Shown: piece by piece, positions 48,502 to 60,084 of the stretch
Layout of the letters: each line of letters begins with the position of its first letter
Position numbering within the stretch: the stretch's first letter is position 1
Assembly: GCA_965237525.1 (NCBI GenBank)
Contig: CBDEFO010000008.1
Coordinates: forward strand, 143,607 to 207,606
Direction of reading: 5' to 3'
DNA length: 64,000 nucleotides
Source: Candidatus Latescibacterota bacterium
GTDB lineage: Bacteria > Latescibacterota > CBDEFO01
The notes under the pieces: model-generated
What the model saw: the letters and a program-made list of their open reading frames with translations, nothing else
Databases searched by the model: none
What the model was told of the DNA's origin: nothing
Program-made: the position numbers and the translations under genes

Positions 48502-49061
48502 CTAATAGAACAGAAAGTTGAGGGCGGATATCAGGAAAAACGCCATTATCGAAAATCTGAATGTCCGTTCGTTCAATCTTCCCACTATAAACTTTCCTAA
48601 CATGACTCCCAATGCGCCTGCAAAAGCCGCTATTGTGCCGATGATTAAAACCTTCTCATCGTAGAGTCCAATTTGAGAGTAAATAAATATCTTCGGAATC
48701 ATCATAGACAGCGCAATCGCTCCAAGTGTTCCGACTAAAGATTCTTTCGAGAGTCCGTACGCCAAAAGGAAAGGTGCCATAATCGGTCCAAACGTGTGCA
48801 TAATCCCCGAGATGTATCCCGCAGGAAGAGCCGCAAGTGTAAGTCCGCCAACACCGACTCTAAAATCCCTTCCCTTTTTCATCGTTTGAGACGCAATGTA
48901 TAAGACCAACAGGGAGCCGACTATCCTTTTCAGAGCTTCTGAGGGTAGATATACCAGGGAATAAGCCCCCACTATGCTCCCGAAAATGCTCCCTGTCAAG
49001 GAGACCCCTAACGCCTTCAAATGCAAATCTTTGCGAAATGCATACGTCCTTACGGCGTTGG
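48502..49061 (-). pseudogene. 3' remnant of a TauE/SafE (DUF81) anion exporter gene, interrupted by IS copy 3; read as a fusion ORF with an IS-internal frame
   Basis: ORF 48502-49251: first 61 aa come from the IS right end (MCPVCQRQ..., also at 808-1002 and 13536-13748), the rest is a multi-TM TauE-like C-terminus. Confidence 0.65.
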
Positions 49062-50589
49062 TAAATACTAAAAGCCTTGTGAAATAGTTATGTCCCAGGC
49101 AGCGTCTGAAGCGCCGATTATGGGTCAAAGAGTAGCATATCGTATCGTTTTGCTGTGGAATAAGCAAAATAGTCTTATCAGAGTTCTGGTCAGCAAGGAA
49201 CAGGAGCTGTTTGAAGAACAGGATGCACTGTCTTTGACAGACAGGGCACACATAGACGCTTTCCCCCTTCTTATGAAAGATACAAGCCTCTTGAGATTCT
49301 GTACTGTTGCAACAAGATTCAACTGTTCATTCAGTGAGGCTGGTCCTCTGTAACGGGCTCGTCCCATACCGTGTTGTTGCCTGGCTTCAGCAAAGATATG
49401 TTCACTGCGTTTACGGAGTCTCCGGGAGAGTTTGTAGTCAGCTGTTAATGAGATAGACCGTGCATGATTTCTGGCTTTCGCCTCTCGCACTTTTCTATCC
49501 CGTTCGGCCTGAATATGTGCTGAATTTGTCTTGTTTTTCCATGTAGGAATCGGTTCAATCTTCTCATCGGCTCGCAGAGGAATATGGGGTATGATTCCCC
49601 GGTCAAGTACATCAGCGATAAAATTACCAGAACCGTAACCGGTATCGGCACTAAGTGTCTGAATGTCTTTGGGCATGGTCTATGTTTCAAGGTCATCTAC
49701 CATCTTAAGGGCACTTTCGGGCTCTGCTGTCCCTGTCGCCTGCGTGCCCTGAGTCTCAAGGATTACTCTGCTTTTTGTGTCGATCAGATCATGGCCCATA
49801 AACGAGAGAAAAGCCCCTTTGCCCTTCGATTTGCTGTATAAGCGCGCGTCGGGGTCTGTAGTCGAACGGTGTGTTTGGTTCGTCCACTTTTCACCATGAA
49901 AGTCTTTATCCTGAGGATGCCCGGACCTACCCTTTGTCTTATCACCTTCAAAACCGATTCCCTTGAGATAATCATCAAGAGAAACAGGGGGTTCTATCGG
50001 CTCAATACTTTTCACTGAAGCATCAGCTTGTATCTGAGTGCCGTCGACACTAAGGTGTTTACCGCTCACAACACCGACATCTATGCAACACTGGACTACC
50101 TGACGCATTATCCGTTCAAACAACCCACTGGATGCCCACTTGTGATTGCGAAGCTTGTTGATCGTGCTCCTATCCGGAACCGCATCATCAAATGTCTGAT
50201 GACAAAACAACCGATATGCCGCATGCATCCCCACTTCCTGACAGAGCCGATTCTCACTCAAATTATACAGATAGCCAATAAGGATCATTCGAACAACTAA
50301 TTCAGGATCAATACCGGGTCTGCCATTGTCAGGGCAATAACAATCTGATACAACGTCTCGTACAAATGAAAAATCAACTGCCTCATCAATCTGACGAAGG
50401 ATATGATCCTCGGGAACTAAATCCTCCATCTGAAAATAGTGAAACATCGGATTTGTCTGTTCCTGCTTTTGTGGGGTCATTGTTTCCTCCATGTATAATA
50501 TTATCAATAACATAATATAATACATCGGAGCTGCTTTATCAATGCTTGTTCTATACTACTTTCTGAATCTAAGGGTTTTTCACAAGGCT
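49062..50589 (-). mobile_element. IS5/IS1182-superfamily insertion sequence, copy 3; flanked by TTAG on both sides
   Basis: Ends AAGCCTTGTGAAATAG (49062) and ...CACAAGGCTT complement (50589); flanking TTAG at both ends fits the IS5-type YTAR 4-bp target duplication. Confidence 0.8.
49125..50480 (-). pseudogene. transposase of IS copy 3 with a single nonsense mutation (TAC to TAG) splitting it into ORFs 49680-50525 and 49125-49676
   Basis: GAAACATAGACC here versus GAAACATACACC in copies 1 and 2 (...DDLETY|TMPKDIQ). Confidence 0.8.
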
Positions 50590-50646
50590 TCTAATACGAT
50601 TGGACTTTGCTGTTGAGAGTTATCGATTTCAATTCATAAGGAAATT

Positions 50647-52944
50647 GTGGGGGTGTACGCTATGAGAAACGGGCACTTTAAAGAGATTCTGATTAGCCTC
50701 TTGGTAGTTATCTCTTGTGTATTCGGGATGAATACTTATGCCGATGCTGCTGTAATCAGTGATGTTAAGGTCTGCAATCTTAAGGGGAGAGGCGCGACGA
50801 TTACGTGGCTTACCGACGTTGCAGCGATAGGGGAAGACAGTGTACGCGTGGTCAACCCTTCCATCGCTCTAAACGCTGTGTTCACTGCGTCCAGAATCGG
50901 CTTCAACACTCACCTTGTGGATATAAGTGGACTAACTCCTAGTACTACCGGCTATTCGTTTGAGGTAATATCAGAAGGAGCTGAAAGCAGTGGTACATTT
51001 GATACTCCAGCTGAGTTTGGTAATGCTCCGCAGACGGCTACTGTGAAGGTAATCAACCAGGACAGCACGGATGCTGAGGGAGTTTTAGTCTCAACAATCG
51101 TGACTGACCTTTCCTTAGCTGGTCCTCCTTTCAATATTAAGTTACCCTCGTTGCCTATATGCGGCATCACTGGTCCAACTGGAATAGCTGTTCTTTCTTT
51201 GGATTTAGCAGTTAAAGAGGCTGGCCTGGGAAATATGGCGTTTAACGCAGCCTCCACAGGTGGATTCGATCTCATACTTGAGGCAAAGGACGGTAAGGGC
51301 AACAGCGCTTCGTCCGGTCCTTTCGTTACGCCTATAAATATAAATGTCGATATAGACACTCTTCGATTGAGCGCAGCCATAGAAGTGGTTATACCTCTCC
51401 CAGAGGGATTGACCCTGATTTCGCCCCCAGTAGAGCCTAAAAATACTTTCACTTCCCATACTTTGCTTCCCTTGATACCGAATTCGAGGGAGATAGACAG
51501 GTGGGACAATGCTGCAGGTAGATTCAGGCCTGTGGTGAGAGATGTGATCACAGGGAATATAATAACGCCGATAGACCAAGCGTTCGATGTAGCAGCGCCT
51601 GAGGGGTTCTTCGTTAAGGTCATATCCTCCTCCGCAGTAACTTTCAGTGGACTACCCATAACGATTCCCCTAAGCCTCACCTTACCTGAGGGGCTAACTC
51701 TCATAGGTGTTCCGTTACCTCTCGGCTTTACCTCTCATACGTTGCTTCCCTTGATAGCGAATTCGAGGGAGATAGACAGATGGGACAATGCTGCAGGTAG
51801 ATTCAGGCCTGTTGTCAGAGATGTGATCACAGGAAATATAATAACGCCGATAGACCAAGCGTTTAATATCAACTTAGGGGAAGGCTACTTTGTTAAGGTA
51901 GTTGCCTCCACTGTGTTTACGCCTCCTACCTCAGCTCCCAAAGCTATTGCTCCAGAGCTGTACGAAGATTTTAGAAGATTTGAAGAAATCAGTACTAATG
52001 TGTTGCCTTCTGAGGTGAAAGTATCTAATGTCACCGATCTGGGCGTCACTGTGTCGTGGCTAGGCGCTGAAAACCATTTGGCGCAGGTGCAGTACAGCAC
52101 CGATCCTGATTTGTCTTATTACGAGTCTGCATATGATGCAATGGAGGCAGAATACCCTGATGATATACACTGGGTGGATATACCGAGACTGTCTCCCAGT
52201 ACGAGGTATTATTTCAGAATCTTGCCGTTGGATCCGAATGACAAACGTGAGGACAAAGTCAGATCGTTTACCACTACTCCTCGCCTGAACTCGATACCAT
52301 ATCCTAACACAATTTACGGTAAGGTGATAGAGGAGGGCGGAAAGGACATAGGCGTTAGGGGAGTGGTCTATGCAAAGGTCATCCACAAGGGAAGAGAATC
52401 ATATCCCGTATCGGCTACAACTTCTGCAAGTGGATATTGGTCTCTTAGTTTGGGTCATTTAAGGGATCGTGAAAGTGGTGATCTGTTCCGCTATTCGAGT
52501 GGAGATGCGATAGTTTTGGAGTATTATGGTCTGTCGGGACGGTATGGAATTCAAAAGGCTGAGGTGGAAACTGATACTCCTCAGGATGTAGGTGAACTTA
52601 TCGTGACAGACACAATAACGTTGAGAGTGCCCGGTTTCGACGGGGTTGATGGAAGTGACATCCCTCAGGCTTACGTTCTACACCAGAACTTCCCCAATCC
52701 GTTCAACCCCGAAACAGAGATCAGCTACGATATCCCTGAAGACGCTCACGTTTCACTCAGGATATACAATGCCTTAGGACAGTTAGTCAGAACGCTTGTG
52801 GATGGGAATCAAAAGACGTCTCACTATGTGGTGAGGTGGGATGGAAGGGACGATAAAGGGACTGATTTGGCCAGTGGAGTTTACTTCTACAGGGTCTTGA
52901 CCGATAACTTTGCGAGCACCAAGAGAATGTTGCTTATGCGATAG
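50647..52944 (+). CDS. secreted surface protein with paralogous N-terminal module, internal duplicated domain, FN3-like and CarboxypepD_reg-like domains and a T9SS C-terminal sorting domain
   Basis: C-terminus LHQNFPNPFNPETEISYDIPEDAHVSLRIYNALGQLVRTLVDG...ASGVYFYRV...KRMLLMR = Por_Secre_tail type. Confidence 0.75.
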   Translation: MGVYAMRNGHFKEILISLLVVISCVFGMNTYADAAVISDVKVCNLKGRGATITWLTDVAAIGEDSVRVVNPSIALNAVFTASRIGFNTHLVDISGLTPSTTGYSFEVISEGAESSGTFDTPAEFGNAPQTATVKVINQDSTDAEGVLVSTIVTDLSLAGPPFNIKLPSLPICGITGPTGIAVLSLDLAVKEAGLGNMAFNAASTGGFDLILEAKDGKGNSASSGPFVTPININVDIDTLRLSAAIEVVIPLPEGLTLISPPVEPKNTFTSHTLLPLIPNSREIDRWDNAAGRFRPVVRDVITGNIITPIDQAFDVAAPEGFFVKVISSSAVTFSGLPITIPLSLTLPEGLTLIGVPLPLGFTSHTLLPLIANSREIDRWDNAAGRFRPVVRDVITGNIITPIDQAFNINLGEGYFVKVVASTVFTPPTSAPKAIAPELYEDFRRFEEISTNVLPSEVKVSNVTDLGVTVSWLGAENHLAQVQYSTDPDLSYYESAYDAMEAEYPDDIHWVDIPRLSPSTRYYFRILPLDPNDKREDKVRSFTTTPRLNSIPYPNTIYGKVIEEGGKDIGVRGVVYAKVIHKGRESYPVSATTSASGYWSLSLGHLRDRESGDLFRYSSGDAIVLEYYGLSGRYGIQKAEVETDTPQDVGELIVTDTITLRVPGFDGVDGSDIPQAYVLHQNFPNPFNPETEISYDIPEDAHVSLRIYNALGQLVRTLVDGNQKTSHYVVRWDGRDDKGTDLASGVYFYRVLTDNFASTKRMLLMR
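51395..51960. repeat. internal tandem duplication (two about 285-bp units, largely identical at DNA level) inside the 50647 gene
   Basis: LPEGLTLI...HTLLPLI.NSREIDRWDNAAGRFRPVVRDVITGNIITPIDQAF... occurs twice. Confidence 0.7.
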
Positions 52945-53020
52945 AAGACCATTAGGATATTTGTCTGTTCTCACAGTGATGGATTTCATCTTAAATGTTC
53001 TTGAGAAGGGAGGCTAAAAA

Positions 53021-56000
53021 GATGTCTAAGAATTTTAAACTGTTAGCAGCACTCACGGGCATACTTCTGGTAGCTTATGTAAGTGCTAATGCCGCTGTAA
53101 TTAGCGATGTTAAGGTGTGCAATCTTACGGGAAGAGGAGCTGATATTACTTGGCTTACCGACGTGGCGGCTACAGGAGAGGACAGTGTACGCGTAACGAA
53201 TACTTCCGTTTCCTTGGATACTGTGTTCACTGCCTCCAGAATCGGTTTCAACACTCACTCTGTGGGTATAAGCGGCCTAACTCCCAGTACCGCAGACTAT
53301 GTGTTCCAGATAATATCTGAGGGAGCTACCACAAGCGCTGATACCTTTGCTACTCCTGCCGAATTTGGCAACGCTCCACAGACTGCCACTGTGAAGGTAA
53401 TTAACAAGGACGGTACGGATGCTGAGGGCGCTCTGGTCAGCGTGATTATTAATGACCTTTCTCTCTTCAATCTTAACCCTGCACTTTTTCCTAAGTTACC
53501 CTCTTTCCCTATATGTGGCATCACTAGTTCAAGTGGTGTAGCTGTTCTTTCTTTGGATTTAGCAGTCAAAGAGGCCGGTCTGGGCAATATGGCGTTTAAC
53601 GCGTCCTCTTCCGGAGGGTTTGACGTCACACTCGAGGCAAAGGACGGCAAGGGCAATAGTGCTTTGTCCGGTACTTTCGTCACGCCAATAGATATAAATG
53701 TTAACATAACTACCCTCCAATTGGAACCACCTACAATCCCCATAATCAATGTCTCTCCTGCCTCACTCAATTTCGGCCTTGTGGAGGTCACTAACTCCAA
53801 AAGGGATACTGTGACCTTCCAGAACATAGGCGAGGATACGCTGGATATTAGTGGACTTCTCGACGTTGCAGCTCCGTTTAGAATTATATCGCCAGGAACA
53901 CTACCAGATCTATCCAGTCCTATTTTAGTTCCGCCTAATTCCACGATAGAAGTTGTTATAGAATGTAGTCCTACCACTACTGGTTCTTTCCTGGGTACTC
54001 TGGTCGTTATAAGCAACGATTCTACGGGGAATGCTATCTTAGACATACCTTTAAGTGGAACGGGTCTTGCATCCGATATCGAAGTCTCTCCGACGAACGT
54101 AGATTACGGTGTTGTGCTAGTAGGCAACAGTTTGGGTAGTACGATAAAAATTAAGAACTTAGGCAATGCGAATTTAGTCTTAGGGGCTTTGTCCCTTACA
54201 GGCACTAATGCAGGTGAGTTTTCGATTCAAGTTCCTCCAAGTTCGGTCGTTGGTCAAGGGGATAGTACTGAGGCTACTATCAGGTTCTCACCTACGTCGG
54301 GCGGCACGAAGAATGCCACCTTAGTCATTCCGAACAACGATCCTGACGCCGCTGACGGTACTGTGTTTGTTGCCTTAATAGGTGTGGGCGGAGAACCGAA
54401 TATAACGGTAGTAAATACGGTGGATTTTGGCAGTGTAAGCACTATCGGAGCTCCTAAGGATATTGACTTGGAGATCCTAAGTGACGGCGGTCTACAGTTG
54501 GCGATCAGTGCTGTGGTGCTTACACGCCCAGGTGCTGCGGCTTATACGTTGCTGGATACTCTGGATGGGGTTACCCTCCCTGCACTAACAGGAAAGGATA
54601 CACTGGGGATAAGATTTGCCCCGACTAGTGTGGGTCCCTTCACAGCAGATTTGACTATCTTCAGCGATGATCCTGATACACCGGCGAAGACAGTTACCTT
54701 ACTTGGTACTGGAATTGAGCCTGATATAGATGCGGCTCCGTTTGATTTCGGACCTGTGGAGGTAGACAGCTTTAAAACAGATACCTTGACGGTAAATAAC
54801 GTCGGGACAGATACCCTGAATGTCTCCAGCATGACTTTGGTGTCAGGGACGTCTGTGACGTTTGATATGTTCTTCTCTAGTCCAGTAGCCATCGCTCCGG
54901 GAGAATCGTTCAAGGTAGGAGTTCAATTTACTCCCCAGTCCGTGGGAACTTTTACAGATACTGTGGTTGTCGTAAGCAACGACCCTGACGGTGCTTTCAA
55001 GGTTCCTCTGATCGGAGAGGGCGTTGGTGTACCTCCTCCCTCTGCTCCTCAGTTTGGTGAGCCATTTACAGTAACCTTAACAGGTGTAGACAGTAATACT
55101 ACTATCTTAGCCAATCCAGGCGAGGAGTTTTTTATTGAGTCACGGGTAAGCGAGGTAACCCAGGGCATATTCGGCTTCTCCACTAAATTTGGGTTTGACC
55201 CGAACGTTGTAGAGTTGGTTACAGTTTTTGGTCAACCGGTTATAAGCCTCACACCGAACGTATTGCCCCTTAACCCCACACCTTCTGGCGGCCTGGTATT
55301 TGGCACAACTGATACTCTTAGTATGGGTGCCGCCGCATCCATAGGTATTGGGGCTACGCCGGTCAGCGGTACAATTCTCACGATTAAGTTCAGGGTCAAG
55401 AGCACTGCTAATCCTGGTGATTCTAGTCCTCTCAACTTAGTTAGTGCTGTAGTGGGTGTAGATACTACGCTAGATTTTGGAACCTTTACTGGCATAGATA
55501 TTCCTGCCGAGACTCTTATAAGCGCGGTGTTGCAGGTTTCTAGGAACATCACCGGTCAATCCGTTGTGGATGACGTAAAACTCGCGCCGACTCGTACAGG
55601 CGCCACTGTGACTTACGGTGGAGCGACTCTCGGTATAGCGAGTGTGACAGGCCCGGTTTCTGTCCTTAGGGTCGTCCTTGAATCTGACGTAGCAGGTGAG
55701 GGTGTTGACACCGTTAGAGTGAACATAAACAGGGTCGACGTGGGTGTTGGAATAGATAATCCAAGCACATATATAGCTTCTCCTGCTACTGATGCTACCC
55801 TAAGCGGCGTTGCTATATATAGAGACGATGGTGATAATGTCTTTGAGAGGGAAGTGGATACTCCTGTTAACGCAGCCAGTATCGCTTTTACTGATACGAT
55901 AGCAAGCGTTAGTGCTGATAGTATTTTGACAATCACCTTAGATTTTCCTGATGGCGTCCTTCCCATAAATCCCAATCCGTTGACGTTCTTTATCGTCGTC

Positions 56001-59000
56001 AGAGGTGGAGCTGGGATAAGTAACGGTGATCAGTTCACATTCAGCACGAACCTTTCGGATTGGGTATTTAGCGGTTTTTCGAGAGGAAGTTTCACTGCCA
56101 CTTCTGCTGTCATAACCGGTGATGTAAGCGCTCCTACTATATCTGCGGGCAATGCAGTAACGGTCGACGATGACAGCGATGGACTTTTAGACGGTCTGAA
56201 GATAACATGGAGTGAGAGCATCGCCGATATGAGCTTTGCCAACTTTGCCAGCGCGACGGCTAATTTTGACGTGACAGCGGGTACTACACTCATAGATGCT
56301 GGATTAGCCGCCGATCCTGACGGGGACGATGGGACGTTCACAGCTGCTAATAGGCTGCCCAAAATAGATCCAAACGGTCCTCCTCGCACTTCGGATACCA
56401 TAAACAACAACATCACCTTCATCACCTTCATCACCTTCCAGGAAGACCCGGGATCACCTGCGGATAAGCTCCTCAGTGCACTTAATACGGAGGCAGCACC
56501 CGCTTTAAGTATGGCAGGGGCAACAGTAACCGACCTTGCGGGCAACCCTCCTGGGGCTATTGTCGGATTTGCTTCGATAGACGCGGCTCGTCCTGTGGTC
56601 TACCAGAGCCTCTATCTGGACGCAGACGTTGACGGCAAGATAGATGAGGTGCAGGTCCAATTTTCCGAGGACATTGACGCTGCCACCTTTGCAGACAACG
56701 ACGGATGGAGTGTCGCGGGGTTTGCGTTCTCGAGCAATCCCGTTCTCATAGGGGCTGCTGCTTCTGTAGATCCCCCGGTTTCACCAACCGGAGGCGCTTT
56801 CGATGTCGCCAGGCTATTACTTACTGAGAAGGCTGACTTTAACACGAGCATAGACCCTGCAGTGGATCAGGTGACTTATAGCGCTGCTGCAGCCGATGTG
56901 GCAGATCTAGCGGGAGTTGCTCTTAACAACGTGTTTGTAGGAACCTCTAAAGAGGTTGATAAGGCCAGTCCGATTTTGATCGATGCGACCACTAAAGATG
57001 TTGTTTCTACCGAACCCAGAGGTCAGATAGACCGGTACACAATTAGATTCACCGAAGCTGTGAATCTAGCGGCAGGAGATTTTGTTATTCTGGATGACTT
57101 CAATATTGCCGGGTTAGGTTCAGGCGCCGGTACCAGCACAGTCGATCTTACCATCACCGAGGCAGGCGTAGTAGATACTGGAATCAAGCCAGGGCTCGCC
57201 GTAAATATTGCAAATGTTGAAGACAACGCGTTAAATAGGCTGGGACAAGTTGATGCAAACAGTCTGGTCGCTCCTTCGGCCGATGCACTCCCCGGTACTG
57301 GCGAAATCCTCATTCCTGACTCAAAGCGCTTCGACGGTGCTCCGCCCTTGATAAGGAAGAGGGGTGCAGCAGCCGTCGGTGGGGATGCTGTGGTTACGGG
57401 AGACAGCAACAGGGATGGCAGGCTCGATCAGATTGTGGTGGAGTTTACTGAGATCATGCCTGTTGGTGGCGATTACGTTACTGGGGCCACCATTGAAGGA
57501 CTCGTTATTTCCGGCGCCTCGCGGACGGCAGCCGATCAGGTGACCTATACGTTGACAGTAGCTGCAGGCGATCCGCCTAACACAGACGCTGTGCCCGACT
57601 ATCTCTATAGCACGGCTACGGGAGCCATATTAGATCCCGCCGGGCTGGAGTTGGTGGATATCGGGAGCGCCGATATTACGGAGGTGGATGGAGCTGCTCC
57701 GGTCCTCGTGGGCGCTGTCACAGATGACGCTGACGGAGACGGAAAAATAGATAAATACGTTATCACTGTAAGTGAGCCTATATCGATAGCTGGTGTTGCG
57801 GACTCGCTAAGAGCAGGCCTGGGAGTTGCGGGTCACCTCGATACACTCGCCACCCTGGATGCAACTAAGGAGATTATCACCTTACTCTTCGTTGAAACAG
57901 CCGTGACAACGCTGGGAGATTTCGATACTGGAGTGACCCCTGAAGTTACTTATACCCGAGCTACAGTGCAGGATGTGGATGGCGAGATCAAGGATCTTTC
58001 AGGCCCCGGCGGTACGGCTAGTATTCCTATGGAGGATATCACTGCTGACAATGCCGTTCTGACAGAGACCGACGGCGCCAGACCCGTTACTGTTCTCGCT
58101 GCTGATGATACCTCAAGCACAGGGGACAGAAACAGCGATGGCTTTATAGATCAGTTCACGGTGACCTTCAGCGAGCCTGTGACGGCGGACAGCGGTAACA
58201 TCGGCATAACCGTTGATGCCACTGCTTCGGGCAACACCGTAACCCTCAGTGAAGTCTTGAGCGGCGGCGGCACCAACGTTGTGGTCTTCGGCGGAACTTC
58301 CGACGGACCCGCAACATCCGGAGATCCTGATACGGAGGACACTCCGCTCTTTGACTATATCGAGACCGGATCTATTCGTGATATATCTGCTGCTGAAAAT
58401 ACACTTCGAGCTGCTGCCGATCAGATAACGATAGATGAGGCCAAACCCGTTATTGTCTTTGCGACGGGAAGGGTGCAGGATACAGAACTGAAGCTAAAGT
58501 TCTCCGAGGCTGTTCGCGGCACTGGAGCCGGGGGCGATGTGGCTGTACCTGACTTATCCTATCTGGATGTTAGCTTAAGCAGAGCCGGAAGCATCGTCGC
58601 TGTGGAAGATGAAGCAGCAGCTATCAATGGGGACGATGAACTCATAACAGTCAGTGTGGATAGTAGTTTTATCATTCAAGATGTGGTACAGGACTCCATT
58701 TCGTTCTCTCCGTCAGTTGCGGATTCCGCCTTGAGCCTTGTTACTGATGCCGCGTCTGTGCCTAATCAAGCGCTGGCCATCCTCGTCACGATTTCTGTTC
58801 CTAAACTTTTTGTGACATTAATTAATCCCACTTCTGGAACGCAATTGGGAGGAAAGTCTGTGGCGATATTAGGAGGCAATTTCCAGAGTGGTGCAACCGT
58901 CACGTTCGGCGACACGTCAGCCACAAATGTAGTTGTAGCCTCCCCTGATACCGTTACTGCTGCGACCCCTGCTCATCCTGTCGGTAATGTGGACGTGATA

Positions 59001-59942
59001 GTCACAAATCCCGACGGTCAGGCAGATACACTCTTTAACGGATTTACTTTTGTATTGTTAGGGGATGTCAGTGGCAACGGAGAGATAACGGCATTTGATG
59101 CTGCTTTGGTGCTTAAATCTGTAGTCGGTCTCTTTGTAATCTCTGACACTGTGGCAGCAGACGTAAGTGGAGACGGCACCATAAGTGCCTTTGATGCCTC
59201 TTTGATACTCAGGTTCGTTGTTGGGAAAATAACTCAATTTCCCGCCCAGACAGGAGGCATCTCTAAGGCTGTACTTGGCGAGAGGATTATAAGTTTAGGT
59301 AATATAAAAGCTTTACAGGATCGACGTTTTGCCGTTCCTATTCTCATAGACGAAACGGACGGTGTCTTATCAGGTCAACTTGAACTATCTTTAGACCCGA
59401 CAAAGCTTAAAGCCGTAGATGCTACGGTATCCGACCTGACCTCTGACTATCTTTTGGCTCATAATGCTCAAAATGGCAGAATAAGGCTATCCTTTGCCGG
59501 TGTAGAATCGGTTAACGGCAGCGGTAGTATCGCCGAGATCATATTTGAGCCAATAGGTTCTGAAATTGACGTTATTGGTGAGGCTGGTCTGATCTCCGCC
59601 CAATTGAACGAAGGTCTTTTCAGTGTGATTATTTCCCAACATGGAGGCATCTCCGATCTTCCTGACAGCTATTCATTGCATCAGAACTTCCCCAATCCGT
59701 TCAACCCTGAGACAGTGATCCATTACTACCTTCCTCTTCAAAGCCACGTGGACATATCTGTCTATAATATAACCGGACAGAAGGTTGTGACACTGGTGGA
59801 CAATCAGATGGACACAGGCAGTCACTCTGCAGTGTGGAATGGAGAAGATGACAACGGAGAAAGTCTTGCCAGCGGAGTGTACCTCTATCGGATGGAGACG
59901 GATGGATTTGTCAAGACAAGGAAGCTGGTCTTGATGAAATGA
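53021..59942 (+). CDS. giant (about 2300 aa) secreted multi-domain surface protein: paralogous N-terminal module, many Ig-like/beta-sandwich domains, IPT/TIG, dockerin (2 repeats), cohesin-like domain, T9SS C-terminal sorting domain
   Basis: ORF 52995-59942. ATG at 53021 after GGGAGG. Dockerin LGDVSGNGEITAFDAALVLK...ADVSGDGTISAFDASLILRFVVG, then a cohesin-like segment, then LHQNFPNPFNPETVIHYYLP...KTRKLVLMK. Confidence 0.75.
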
Positions 59943-60084
59943 GCTTCTTTATTTATTTATAACCGTCTTTAGCCAGCAGATGAGGAGGTGACACAAATTC
60001 ACCCGGGTTTGGGTACTACAACGCAGCAATATAGGTAATTGCACACTCATTTCAGTTAATGATTCTCAATGAAAGGATAGCCTG

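Noticed and set aside
56411-56440. In-frame 9-bp microsatellite CACCTTCAT x3 (NITFITFITF) inside the giant surface-protein gene
   Set aside because: Only three units and frame-neutral; a possible minor length-variation site but not a phase-variation switch.
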